IMG/VR virus record: IMGVR_UViG_3300033388_007794
Span: 1-50,807 of that record
Length of the DNA stretch: 50,807 nt
Direction: 5' to 3' (one strand)
DNA from: a virus
Taxonomy: Duplodnaviria; Caudoviricetes
The position numbers and the translations under genes were made by a program. This document shows positions 35,067-44,174 of this stretch, piece by piece; positions within the stretch are counted from its first letter, which is position 1; every line of letters starts with the position of its first letter. The notes below the pieces were generated by a model. That model was not told the origin of the DNA. It did no database searches and saw only the letters and a program-made list of their open reading frames with translations.

Positions 35067-35894
35067 CTACAAGAATAAGTGATCATAATCAATCTGAACT
35101 ACTGCATTTGGAGTGATATCGCTTTCAAACACCAGACCGTTACCCCCAACTGCTAGCTTCCAGAAGTCTCCCGATACCTTGGATATTGCATTGACTCTGT
35201 TTAGTTTTACGGTATACTTTTCCATTTCAACTTCAAGCACGTCTTCAGCGCTCAACGTTCCCGTCCAGATCAGAGCTTCACCCGTAGTTTCGTTCTTAAT
35301 AGTCGGATTGACACAAGCTCCGGTTATTGTAATTATTGGTCCGACCTTGACATGACCGTAATTCATTTGACTCATAACTTGACGCTTCACAAACCAGTTG
35401 AAGCTAGTGGGGTCTGGGTATATGAGTCCTGTATCGTATTGGAGACCCGTATCATACTGCAAGGCTTCGTCATAAGTCCCTATATCAGCACGAGCAAACG
35501 GATCATAGGCTATAAGAGGCAAGGTGAAAATCCCGACCCTGGCAATTCGTTCGATAGGCAGAGAACCAGCGTACCGCACCATATATGTTTTATCAGGTTC
35601 TAGATCAAACACCAATTCAAGATTCCTGGGTTGACCGTTATCATCGATTAGGTGGCCTGCAAGTTCCCGGACTTTTGCCTGCAAGTCAGATGCACTCACG
35701 GCGTTCACAACCACACATTCGAGACTGAATATCCTAGCACCCATATCGGCGCCAAAGTCGTATGCGCCGTGCCTGCCGGGAATCGTAACCGTTTTATCAC
35801 GGGTCTCAGGCAAAATCGGAAGTTGCGATTCTCGCCGCATTAAAAGTCCCAGCTCTTCTGCCGTCTTGCCGCCAAGCGTAAATCCATTGCTCAT
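35067..35894 (-). CDS. Distal tail protein (Dit)
   Basis: TIPGRHGAYDFG, LVFDLEPDKTY, AYDPFA; follows the tape measure gene. Confidence 0.85.
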   Translation of the reverse strand: MSNGFTLGGKTAEELGLLMRRESQLPILPETRDKTVTIPGRHGAYDFGADMGARIFSLECVVVNAVSASDLQAKVRELAGHLIDDNGQPRNLELVFDLEPDKTYMVRYAGSLPIERIARVGIFTLPLIAYDPFARADIGTYDEALQYDTGLQYDTGLIYPDPTSFNWFVKRQVMSQMNYGHVKVGPIITITGACVNPTIKNETTGEALIWTGTLSAEDVLEVEMEKYTVKLNRVNAISKVSGDFWKLAVGGNGLVFESDITPNAVVQIDYDHLFL

Positions 35895-38072
35895 TTACCC
35901 GATCACCCCCTGAGCCCTGGAGCGGGATTGAAGCAGTCCGAAAAGCTCTCGTGCAATTAGCTTAATGTCTTGATCAGAACGGACATACATATTTTCGATT
36001 TGAATTGTAAATCCGCCAGTCGTTGCAAGCTCGTGGTTTGGTATTACCTGGCTGCCTCTCGGCAAATTAACAAGCTCCGGGCCTTTCTCCCCGACGACTG
36101 CCCAGCCACCAGGGGCAAAATTAGTCCCTTGCGCGTACCAGTCCACTGACAATTTTGGCACCGGAAAAGTAATCCCCGCTATGGTTTTTTCGATAGTCCT
36201 AAAGTCGAAGTGTGGCGTAGGGATATGGATATTGCGGAAAGGCCTGGTGATGGCGTCGGCAATCCGGCTAAAAATGCTTGAAGCAGCTGACTTTAAACTT
36301 TCCCATTTGCTAGTTAGGTTTGATTTTATCTTTGCCCATTTAGTACTAAGCGCTGTTGAAATACCACCAGTTATGCCGGTTATTGTTGCTTTTATTCTTT
36401 CCCACTTTTCAGAAGCCCAGGCTTTGATAGTGTCCCAGGCTCTGCCGAGGGAGTCTTTGATTCCATTCCAGACAGCCTCGGTCTTTGATTTAATGCTGTC
36501 CCAATTAATGCTGAGTTTCTTTGCTAACAACACTGCCCAACCTGCGGGGCCGACAGCGATTAATAGGATTTCATCGCCCCACTCTTTAAAAAAGCCCTTA
36601 ATGCCGTTCCAAACATCGGATGCCGTGTCCTTTATGTCGGTCCAAATCTCAGAGAGTTTCTTTTTGATCCCATCCCAAATATCCTGAGCTTTTTTCTTGA
36701 TGTTGTCCCATATTTTCACCAGTTTAACTTTTATCTTGTCCCAGTTTTTGTATAATAAGATACCAGCAGTAACCACACCGGCAATCGCTACTATAACAAG
36801 GCCAATTGGGCTACAAATAGCTGTGAAAACTGTTCCCAGTTTAGGAATCAGCGCGATGGCAGCCCCTATTCCTTTAAGAAACGGACCAAAAACCATCATT
36901 AGTGGTCCTAACGCGGCAGCAAATCCTATTATGCCCAAAATAACCTTTTGTGTTATCGGGCTTAAATTTGCAAATCCTTCCGCCAACCTCGAAACAAAAC
37001 CGATAACAGCTTCTATTTGCGGCTGCGCTTTCTTAAATGTATCAAGCAAAACTTTTCCTAATGGTTCAAGTGCAACTTCCGCCTGGTTTTTTAGCTGTTG
37101 CATACTTTCGCCAAACGTCATAGTCTCTCTCGCTGCCGCTACTATGGTTTCAGGGCTGGCCTGTAAAGTTTTCAAAAGTTCATCCAGGTCAAACCTGCCC
37201 TCGCGTATGGCTGCTGCCATGTCGGGCCCAGCGCGGGCACCGAATATTTCTACCGCTAAAGCATTAGCTTCTGCAGCAGACCCCATATTTTTTATTTCCT
37301 CGATGGCTCGGCGCATCGCTTTTGGCGGCTCTTCTCCGGCTTTGGCGAAGTTGACAAGCCCTATCCTCAAACTACCCAGGACAAGTTCAGCGTTAACACC
37401 TTCTTTTTCCCATTTGCCCAGCATTGCAGCGGCAGTCTCAAAGTCAAACCCCATCTGCCGCAAAGGTGCGCCATACTGAACAATTGTACGTCCTAATTGA
37501 TCCACGCCAATTCCTGTTTGCTGGCTGACTTTCCAAAGATAGTCAAGTGTCTGGCCTGTCTTTGCGGCTTCAATTCCCCAGTCGCCAAAAATTCTCGTAG
37601 TTTGTGCAACTAACTGGCTGGCATCCGTACCAGCTACACGTGCAAGGTCAAGCGTTTGCTTGGTTAGATTTTGCAATGCCTGACCGGTTAAGCCGGTCCG
37701 GGTATTCAGGTCAGCCAGGGTGCTACTAACAACATCCGCCCCCTGGGGCACCTGTTTGAATACTGCCTGAAAATCTTTATTCAGCGCAGCTAACGCGTCT
37801 CCCGTTGTCCCTGTTCCCGCCCGGATTGTCTTCATAGCCTTGTCCATATCATTGGCAGCAGTAAATACAGCGGCACCTACGGCAGCAATAGGAGCAGTTA
37901 CGCGCAGGCCCATAGTTTTACCTATATCGGTCATTTTTTGCCCGGCGGTTTTAAACTTTTTACTTGTTGCCTCTAACCTATTGGCAACCTCATTCATCTT
38001 TTTATTAAATTCTTCGGTTGTTGCACCAATTTTTACAAAAATACTGCCGATTTCGGGCATCTGTACCATCAC
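35895..38072 (-). CDS. Tape measure protein
   Basis: TP901-type core (VTAPI, EIFGARAG), Trp-periodic repeats, YAQGT...VGEKGPE C-terminus. Confidence 0.92.
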   Translation of the reverse strand: MMVQMPEIGSIFVKIGATTEEFNKKMNEVANRLEATSKKFKTAGQKMTDIGKTMGLRVTAPIAAVGAAVFTAANDMDKAMKTIRAGTGTTGDALAALNKDFQAVFKQVPQGADVVSSTLADLNTRTGLTGQALQNLTKQTLDLARVAGTDASQLVAQTTRIFGDWGIEAAKTGQTLDYLWKVSQQTGIGVDQLGRTIVQYGAPLRQMGFDFETAAAMLGKWEKEGVNAELVLGSLRIGLVNFAKAGEEPPKAMRRAIEEIKNMGSAAEANALAVEIFGARAGPDMAAAIREGRFDLDELLKTLQASPETIVAAARETMTFGESMQQLKNQAEVALEPLGKVLLDTFKKAQPQIEAVIGFVSRLAEGFANLSPITQKVILGIIGFAAALGPLMMVFGPFLKGIGAAIALIPKLGTVFTAICSPIGLVIVAIAGVVTAGILLYKNWDKIKVKLVKIWDNIKKKAQDIWDGIKKKLSEIWTDIKDTASDVWNGIKGFFKEWGDEILLIAVGPAGWAVLLAKKLSINWDSIKSKTEAVWNGIKDSLGRAWDTIKAWASEKWERIKATITGITGGISTALSTKWAKIKSNLTSKWESLKSAASSIFSRIADAITRPFRNIHIPTPHFDFRTIEKTIAGITFPVPKLSVDWYAQGTNFAPGGWAVVGEKGPELVNLPRGSQVIPNHELATTGGFTIQIENMYVRSDQDIKLIARELFGLLQSRSRAQGVIG

Positions 38073-38147
38073 CTTGCTGGAAAAGAAGGAATTTTTTTCT
38101 CAACTGGCGAATTCTAACCATAAAATTATAGGAGGTGTTTAAAAATA

Positions 38148-38468
38148 ATGGACTTATTGGCCTTAAAAAAAGATTTAGCTGCCGAAGAGCTTACTATGGT
38201 CAACATGGAATTAGAGCGCCGCAAAAAATCTCCCGTTGTAATGTGGCTTCTTTGGTTTTTCACAGGAGGCCTGGGCGGACACCGCTACTATCTAGGTGAT
38301 ATTGGTCGTGGCATTGCAATGACTCTCACCCTCGGAGGGCTCGGTATTTGGGCACTCATTGACGCCTTTTTCATTAGTAAGCGCCTTGAGCAGAAAAATA
38401 GCGAGCTGGAAGTTGATATTATCAATCAGGTGAAAGCACAAAGAAAAACGTACTCCGTTTCAAACTAA
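38148..38468 (+). CDS. TM2-domain membrane protein; moron
   Basis: KKSPVVMWLLWFFTGGLGGHRYYLG...TLGGLGIWALID; opposite strand inside the tail operon. Confidence 0.85.
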   Translation: MDLLALKKDLAAEELTMVNMELERRKKSPVVMWLLWFFTGGLGGHRYYLGDIGRGIAMTLTLGGLGIWALIDAFFISKRLEQKNSELEVDIINQVKAQRKTYSVSN

Positions 38469-38496
38469 ACACATTCCCGCAATAATAGGCTTTTTA

Positions 38497-38709
38497 CTAT
38501 TTTTTTCGCATCTTCGAGGCAGCCTTCTTCCGGGCTGCCTCTATTTCCTTCGCCTCGGCCCAGTAAAAAGCCATCCATTCCTGAAATTCCCGGACTGTCA
38601 AGCGCTCTCCCAGCTCCTTTACCGTCATGCCTAAATCCCGGGCAAGACGAAAAGTGAAGACCTTTTCCGCCTGCTCAGGATACTCCTTTGGGGCTTTCAT
38701 TCCCAGCAC
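38497..38709 (-). CDS. Tail assembly chaperone extension (gpT-like), probably reached by frameshift
   Basis: FRLARDLGMTVKEL...EFQEWMAFY; overlaps the upstream chaperone in the +1 frame. Confidence 0.7.
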   Translation of the reverse strand: MLGMKAPKEYPEQAEKVFTFRLARDLGMTVKELGERLTVREFQEWMAFYWAEAKEIEAARKKAASKMRKK

Positions 38710-39052
38710 GAAAGGACTTCTGCATCTCTTTTTGTGCTATCTCGCTCAGGCCGTTAATTTCTAATATCGCGAACAGAATTTTATCCACCGCTGCGGCAGA
38801 CTTCTCCCAAAGCTGCTGTGCCTGCTCTACCGTGATTTTGGGTTCTTCCAGGCATTCGGCCAGCATCAAAACCTGTAGCTTGTCGCTGTCAACCTGGCCG
38901 TTGACGGTTGCTTGTTTGCTCAGCCGTTCACGGGCGGCCTTTGTTAGCTCTTTGATTTTTACCTTGCCTTTCCATTCCGGGACATCCACCTCGCAGACAT
39001 CCAGGTCGGGGGCGGCAAGGATTTCGTCAAAAGTTAGGATTTTATTTGACAT
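38675..39052 (-). CDS. Tail assembly chaperone (gpG-like)
   Basis: EVDVPEWKGKVKIKELT motif; between tail tube and tape measure genes. Confidence 0.8.
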   Translation of the reverse strand: MSNKILTFDEILAAPDLDVCEVDVPEWKGKVKIKELTKAARERLSKQATVNGQVDSDKLQVLMLAECLEEPKITVEQAQQLWEKSAAAVDKILFAILEINGLSEIAQKEMQKSFRAGNESPKGVS

Positions 39053-39055
39053 TAT

Positions 39056-39298
39056 TTATAACCTCCATTTTGATTTTCTGAGCATTGCAGAGTTCCTGCC
39101 ATACAAACCCCAGGGGCCTTTACCTATTCTATAATACAAGGTATTCAACCCATACTTAACGCACTTCTGGTATGCGCTATTAGTGTCAATTAACCCCAGC
39201 TTTGCAGCAAATACCATGCACCTTGTATATAACCAGAACAAAATCTTATTTTTCTGCTCAACAGAAACTTTCAAGTGAATGTTAGCAGTTTTACCCAC
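39056..39298 (-). CDS. Hypothetical protein
   Basis: Short ORF with GGGGGA RBS, inserted in the tail operon. Confidence 0.5.
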   Translation of the reverse strand: MGKTANIHLKVSVEQKNKILFWLYTRCMVFAAKLGLIDTNSAYQKCVKYGLNTLYYRIGKGPWGLYGRNSAMLRKSKWRL

Positions 39299-39318
39299 TA
39301 GTGTGTATTCCCCCTATT

Positions 39319-39732
39319 TTACGCATAGGTTCCACGGGTAATATCCCCAGTCACCTGGAATTCACAACTAAAACTTCCTACGTCGTCAACCGGCGTTTCA
39401 GCTTCATAACTTGTGCAGATGCAGTTCCCAGTGTACTTCACTTTGCCGGAGGTACTTCCTTGAGGCCCATATTCAAAGGCCACTTCCAACCCTAGAATAC
39501 CGTTCAAGTGTTCGTCTACAGTGGGATCAAAAACACCGTCAATGCTGATTGTAGCATCTTTCAGTCCAGCAATATAACTTTTTGCTGTTGCGCCTAGTGT
39601 CGTGGTTTCGTGCGTTTCAGCCTCTTCTGGGAAGGAAACACTCTTAACATAGGTTGAAATATCAGTAGGTGTGCTGGTCGCTCCCGAAGTACCAAACTTG
39701 ATTACTGCTGTAGAGCCATGAGAAAATGACAT
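39319..39732 (-). CDS. Major tail (tube) protein
   Basis: ETHETTTLG...GLKDATISIDG...YGPQG...YTG...FQVTG; AAGGAGG RBS. Confidence 0.82.
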   Translation of the reverse strand: MSFSHGSTAVIKFGTSGATSTPTDISTYVKSVSFPEEAETHETTTLGATAKSYIAGLKDATISIDGVFDPTVDEHLNGILGLEVAFEYGPQGSTSGKVKYTGNCICTSYEAETPVDDVGSFSCEFQVTGDITRGTYA

Positions 39733-39820
39733 TTTTCGTTCCTCCTTAGATTTTTGGGCAACAAAAAAACACCTCTTCGGTGTCTGTCGCCAATCTGACT
39801 TGTTAACTTATAGCTAGAGG

Positions 39821-40549
39821 CTATTTCCTTCCAAACGCAACGCTGAACGTCGCGCTAGTAGTATCTGCACCTAATGTCCAAACTGCCCTAACATACCTCT
39901 TTATCGTTCCTGTTGCAGTAATTCTTTGTGCTGTATTCGCTGATGTTACCTGCGTGAAGGTGCATACTGCACTCCAGGCATCGGTTGCTCCGTCATCGTC
40001 TGAATGTTGAATTGTTATATCTAGGGTCGGGCTTGTGCCAGCCAATCCAGTTACTTGCAGGTATGCTACTCCACCGTTGGCCGTGCTTACCCCGTTGTCA
40101 ATGCTCGTGCTGTTGCCACTCGTGGCTTCTTCGCCAAGCGGGTGAAATGTTAACACTCTTTCCAACCCCGTTTTGCTTTGCGCTTCGGCAGAAATTGCAG
40201 CTACATCATCAACAGGTGTTTCTACTTCGTAGCTCGTTTCTATTGCGTCAAATCCATAACCCGCGTCTTCTACTGCCACTTCCCCCTGCGGGAAGTAAGT
40301 CCAGATGCTGGCGTCCTGTCCAAGCGCTGCCTGCATGATTTCATCTATTCCGCTTGTATCACCGTCAAAAACACCGTCCGCGCTCAGGGTTGCATCCTTT
40401 AGCCCTGCTATATAGGATTTTGCAGTAGCCGTAAATGTCGTTACATCATGCGTTTCCGCCTCGCCTGATATGGAAAAGTTTTTCAGGTATGCGCTCAGGT
40501 CGTAGCCGTTCACGTATACCCGCGCATTGCTGCCATGTTTGAAGGACAA
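39821..40549 (-). CDS. Second tail-tube paralogue with an extra C-terminal beta domain
   Basis: Shares ATAKSYIAGLKDAT and ETPVDDV with 39319..39732. Confidence 0.75.
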   Translation of the reverse strand: MSFKHGSNARVYVNGYDLSAYLKNFSISGEAETHDVTTFTATAKSYIAGLKDATLSADGVFDGDTSGIDEIMQAALGQDASIWTYFPQGEVAVEDAGYGFDAIETSYEVETPVDDVAAISAEAQSKTGLERVLTFHPLGEEATSGNSTSIDNGVSTANGGVAYLQVTGLAGTSPTLDITIQHSDDDGATDAWSAVCTFTQVTSANTAQRITATGTIKRYVRAVWTLGADTTSATFSVAFGRK

Positions 40550-40564
40550 ATCGCTTCACCTCCT

Positions 40565-40954
40565 TTAAGTCTGGTAAATCAGGGTAAAGTTCAGGCTCCA
40601 CTCGTGATTGTTGTTTTCGTCCAGCCCCAGGAAAACAGGTGCCGACTGGTCGGCCACAACATCCAGGTAGCCGGAAATGTTTGCAGACTCTAGAGTATCG
40701 TATACGGCTTCCGCTTTAGCAAGCCCAGCCTCGTAACTGCTCCATCGGACCCTGACCTGTACGCTAGGACGTTTGAGTTCCGTCGAAGTCTGGAGCACTC
40801 TTTGGGGGGGATAGCCGCCAGTGCCGAGGACAAAAATTGAATTTATAGGAACATATTGGGAGGACGGCCGGACGGGGCCTGTAAAAATATTTGTGCCTAC
40901 CGTCCCTATGCCTTGGCTTTCTAAGTAGTTAGCTATGTCCGAAGCAGGATTCAT
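40565..40954 (-). CDS. Tail terminator / minor capsid family protein
   Basis: DIANYLESQGIG...PSVQVRVR...LGLDENNNHEWSLNF. Confidence 0.75.
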   Translation of the reverse strand: MNPASDIANYLESQGIGTVGTNIFTGPVRPSSQYVPINSIFVLGTGGYPPQRVLQTSTELKRPSVQVRVRWSSYEAGLAKAEAVYDTLESANISGYLDVVADQSAPVFLGLDENNNHEWSLNFTLIYQT

Positions 40955-40972
40955 CTCGCCATCCCCTCTTAC

Positions 40973-41365
40973 TTACTCAATGACATTCTTCAGCCGCCTG
41001 GCCAATCGCATGGGCAATTTTGGTGCAGCTGCTTTAACAGGGTCTTCAAGATATTTGGCTTTACCTACTTTATGGCGTAGTTCCGTCCGTTCATGCACAT
41101 AAACGGCATATGGTGCAGCAGGTCCGCCATAGCCCATTTCTACCCAAACCTGACGCCCTTCTGCTTTGGGCTGCTCAACGTGCCCAGTCCCTCGTAGTGT
41201 CCCAGTATCTACCGGGCATTGCTCCTTGCTCTCTGTCATGATCAGCTCCGCCTCAGCATAGAGGGCTTTACCCGCCTCGGATAAGGCCCGCTTGCCCAGC
41301 TTCTCCAGGGCACGCTGTAGTTCTTTTGTGCCCTTCACTTCAACTGTTATCCTCATCGACACCAC
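40973..41365 (-). CDS. HK97 gp10-like tail completion protein
   Basis: CPVDTGTLRGTG, YAVYVHE, KAKYLEDP. Confidence 0.82.
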   Translation of the reverse strand: MVSMRITVEVKGTKELQRALEKLGKRALSEAGKALYAEAELIMTESKEQCPVDTGTLRGTGHVEQPKAEGRQVWVEMGYGGPAAPYAVYVHERTELRHKVGKAKYLEDPVKAAAPKLPMRLARRLKNVIE

Positions 41366-41409
41366 TAACTTTCTATAACTGAGAATCGTATTTCGTCAAA
41401 AGCCACCCG

Positions 41410-41538
41410 TTAGCTTAATATTTCTATCGTCATTGTCGTTTCAGTTTCTTCAACTACCTGCCAGCAAATGGCATCAGTATCTGGCCGAATATTGCCTTCT
41501 GCGTCGATAATCTTATTCACAGTTATTATCGTGCTCAC
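41410..41538 (-). CDS. Small hypothetical protein (42 aa)
   Basis: Manual: MSTIITVNKIIDAEGNIRPD...; GTGA overlap with the upstream gene. Confidence 0.45.
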   Translation of the reverse strand: MSTIITVNKIIDAEGNIRPDTDAICWQVVEETETTMTIEILS

Positions 41539-42131
41539 AATCTCACCGCCCTGAAATTCTTCCAAACTCCCGCCCTACCATGAACGCCGATATAACTATT
41601 GGAATAGGTAGTATCGGTAATTGAAAATTTCTTTGCACCATCAAGATAAACTATAATGCTCCCATTGTTATTATTACGGTATATTCCAACCTTCCTCGGC
41701 CCTGTTGTAATTGAAACATCTTGAGCCAATGTAGTTACTCCTTCGTCCGACGAATTAATTCGTTGCAAAATGAATCCTTGTTCATTGTGTAATCCCACCT
41801 GATAAGCAACCCTTGAATCAGTCACACCTGCCCAACCAAAAAGAACTCCAGCAAATTCGTTAGTAATATCTGCTACGTCATAAGGCTTATCAATAATTGC
41901 CTCTACATAAAATGCATTGCCAAAATTATAGTTAATCTTAGCAATATACCTAGTGCTATTTTGAGGACGCTCAAGACGTCCTGGGTTAGCTATCGTTATA
42001 CCGGATACGACGTCTGCCCATTCGCTGGGCAAAATACCTGCCCTGTCAAACGTAAAGTGATCTTCAAATCTGTTCCCCTTCCACTTTGGCAGGGAAAACG
42101 GTATCTTTGCAGGTTGAATCAACGGCCACAT
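41535..42131 (-). CDS. Beta-sandwich (lectin/ConA-like) virion-associated protein
   Basis: AGVLFG...YQVGL...IVYLDGAKKFSITDTTYSNSYIGV pattern. Confidence 0.55.
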   Translation of the reverse strand: MWPLIQPAKIPFSLPKWKGNRFEDHFTFDRAGILPSEWADVVSGITIANPGRLERPQNSTRYIAKINYNFGNAFYVEAIIDKPYDVADITNEFAGVLFGWAGVTDSRVAYQVGLHNEQGFILQRINSSDEGVTTLAQDVSITTGPRKVGIYRNNNNGSIIVYLDGAKKFSITDTTYSNSYIGVHGRAGVWKNFRAVRL

Positions 42132-42137
42132 TTTTAA

Positions 42138-42590
42138 TCACTTCCTCACGTTACCGTAAGCACTGACCGAATCAAGGGCATTAGAACCATCGTTGTTTGT
42201 TACTGTTATTTTTAAGCCTTTTAAACCCCCAACATCAAGAACAAATGATTTCTGTTTTGTGCCCCCAGCATTTGACGCAATACTTCCGACTGCAAATTCT
42301 TCATCGTCATAATTTGTTCCATCATGGGAGCCGTAAAACTTAATAGTTACACCTCCACTATGAGTTGCACTATAGTCAACGTCTACCGTAATACTAACCA
42401 TGCCGCCAGGCGGCATTGTAGATAAATCCAGCGCTACGCAGTCACCTATAGCCGTAGTTGCCCCTGCCCCAAGAGCTACAGCATCAAGCATGGTTGTTGT
42501 CGTTATACTGCCCGTTAGTTGAACACTGCCGGGGTTGCTCGCAACAAATAGCTCCTTGCCGTTCGTGCTCTTAATAGTTACCGTGCTCAT
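42138..42590 (-). CDS. Beta-rich structural protein
   Basis: Ser/Thr/Gly-rich, GSHDGTNYD motif; in the neck region. Confidence 0.6.
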   Translation of the reverse strand: MSTVTIKSTNGKELFVASNPGSVQLTGSITTTTMLDAVALGAGATTAIGDCVALDLSTMPPGGMVSITVDVDYSATHSGGVTIKFYGSHDGTNYDDEEFAVGSIASNAGGTKQKSFVLDVGGLKGLKITVTNNDGSNALDSVSAYGNVRK

Positions 42591-42910
42591 CAGGTATTCA
42601 CCACCTTATGATGTATGCTCCCGGTTTCATCCGGCAACGCCTCCACTGACAGAATTACCGGCTGACTTCCATCCGGCAGGGTAATCCTGTCCTGAATACC
42701 AATCTCCACCGAACCGTCCAGGTACACCTGAGCAGTGCTGACGACCTCTTGCCCTGCCCTGTCCCGTACCAGCTTCGTCTTGCGCTGCACAAAAGCGGAA
42801 TACTGAACAGCAGTTCCATATTGCGGCTCGCCGTAAGCATTGACGCCGGTAAATGGCTCCAGTGTAATCGTTTGGTTAAACCACTCTAAGAAATCTTGTT
42901 CCAGCGCCAT
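42590..42910 (-). CDS. Head-closure / head-tail joining protein
   Basis: NAYGEP...VRDRAGQEVVSTAQVY...DRITLPDG. Confidence 0.72.
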   Translation of the reverse strand: MALEQDFLEWFNQTITLEPFTGVNAYGEPQYGTAVQYSAFVQRKTKLVRDRAGQEVVSTAQVYLDGSVEIGIQDRITLPDGSQPVILSVEALPDETGSIHHKVVNT

Positions 42911-43296
42911 CAGCCATCATCCTCACTAGCTATAACAGAATCGTTTTCCATCATGCCAAGTTCAAACCGCGCGTCTTCTTCCGGCTCCTGCCATGTCGGA
43001 TAGGTTAACGCAGTAGTGGCACGCTTCTCCAGGTCGGCGGCTAGAGACATATAAGCCTGCGCTTTTTGGCTCAGGCTTACCCGGAGGTCGCCAGCAGCTT
43101 TATCCGCCTGGCGGGAAAATTTAGCCGCCACTGCTTTGGCAGCATGAGCGGCGGCTAAAAGGACGTTTGACATTTCTGTTAGCAAGAAGCTTATCTCTTC
43201 GTCTTGAAGAAGCTGGTCGGTTTGGTCGGTATCGCCGATATAAAAGCGCACCTTATCTTTATCAGTCGCCAGGCTCGTGTTGTAGCTCCAAGTCAT
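42910..43296 (-). CDS. Head-tail adaptor
   Basis: Start re-called at ATG 43296: TWSY...DKVRFYIGDTD...LQDEEI. Confidence 0.75.
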   Translation of the reverse strand: MTWSYNTSLATDKDKVRFYIGDTDQTDQLLQDEEISFLLTEMSNVLLAAAHAAKAVAAKFSRQADKAAGDLRVSLSQKAQAYMSLAADLEKRATTALTYPTWQEPEEDARFELGMMENDSVIASEDDG

Positions 43297-43438
43297 TGTT
43301 TTCACCATCCTCAAGCACGGACAGCCAGTACTCGCAGTCCTGGATCGCCCCGTTATAAGCATTGAGGTTGGCGATAAGCTGTTCGCGCTCGGCTTTCAGC
43401 TTCGCCAACCTCTCCAGAATCTTCTCACGTGTAACCAT
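43262..43438 (-). CDS. Small coiled-coil protein (58 aa)
   Basis: Manual: MVTREKILERLAKLKAEREQLIANLNAYNGAIQDCEYWL; follows the fibre-like gene. Confidence 0.6.
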   Translation of the reverse strand: MVTREKILERLAKLKAEREQLIANLNAYNGAIQDCEYWLSVLEDGENNDLELQHEPGD

Positions 43439-43450
43439 TCAATTCACTAC

Positions 43451-43831
43451 CTAAGAACTGGTGATGGTTTCCCATGCGGAGCCAGTCCAGACCTTCAGCT
43501 TGTGGGCAGTGCTGTCGTAATAGACATCGCCCTCCGCAGGAGTTCCGGGAGCAGAGCCGGGAGTGAAATTTGCAAAAGTCCCAATGTCGATGCTGGCCGT
43601 AAACGTTGCCGCACCCGTTACCGAGAGAGTGCCACCTATAACTGTGTTACCTGAAGCCGACGCTACAGTTAGCTTATTGGTAGCAACTGAAAAATCACCC
43701 GTGCAATTCAGCTTACCGGTGACATTTATCAGCCCATCGGTGTCGTTATCTATCGTCTCGCCGTTGTTCATCGTAATTTTTCCGGTAGTGATAGCACCGA
43801 CCAAAGCCCTTCCTCTAGTTAGACGATTCAC
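43451..43831 (-). CDS. Fibre-like head/neck decoration protein
   Basis: GNTVIGGTLSVTGA repeats and APGTPAEGDVYYDST.KLKVWTGSAW. Confidence 0.6.
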   Translation of the reverse strand: MNRLTRGRALVGAITTGKITMNNGETIDNDTDGLINVTGKLNCTGDFSVATNKLTVASASGNTVIGGTLSVTGAATFTASIDIGTFANFTPGSAPGTPAEGDVYYDSTAHKLKVWTGSAWETITSS

Positions 43832-43841
43832 TGCTCATCCC

Positions 43842-44174
43842 TCACTTTCCTTTTGCCTTGTCAAGATTGAGCGGAGCAAGTTCATCCATTAACCGCTCTT
43901 CTCGCTCTGTCTGCCTATCTTCTTCCTCCGGTGTCAGGGCCTTCCCGGAATGGCGTTTATCCCCATGATGGGTACGCTCAGCGAGGCCGATAAACTCGGC
44001 CCCGCATTCAGCGCATTTATAAGTTTCAGCTTTCTTCTCAACCGGGGCAAAGTAGCCCAGGCGTATTAACTTTTCATCATTTTTCGCGCCAACAAGTTCT
44101 ACAATTTGTCCCCGGTCAAGTTCCTGTCCAGCATAGCCGAAAGGACGTCTGGCCCAATAGTATTTTTTCGGCAT
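43842..44174 (-). CDS. Hypothetical head-region protein with Zn-finger-like segment
   Basis: CAECGAEF...H..K.H; overlaps the capsid stop. Confidence 0.65.
   Translation of the reverse strand: MPKKYYWARRPFGYAGQELDRGQIVELVGAKNDEKLIRLGYFAPVEKKAETYKCAECGAEFIGLAERTHHGDKRHSGKALTPEEEDRQTEREERLMDELAPLNLDKAKGK

Noticed and set aside
36181-37479. Long plus-strand ORFs (also 9718..10284, 12360..12953, 29996..30619, 48638..49159)
   Set aside because: Antisense shadows of well-supported minus-strand genes, with no recognisable motifs.
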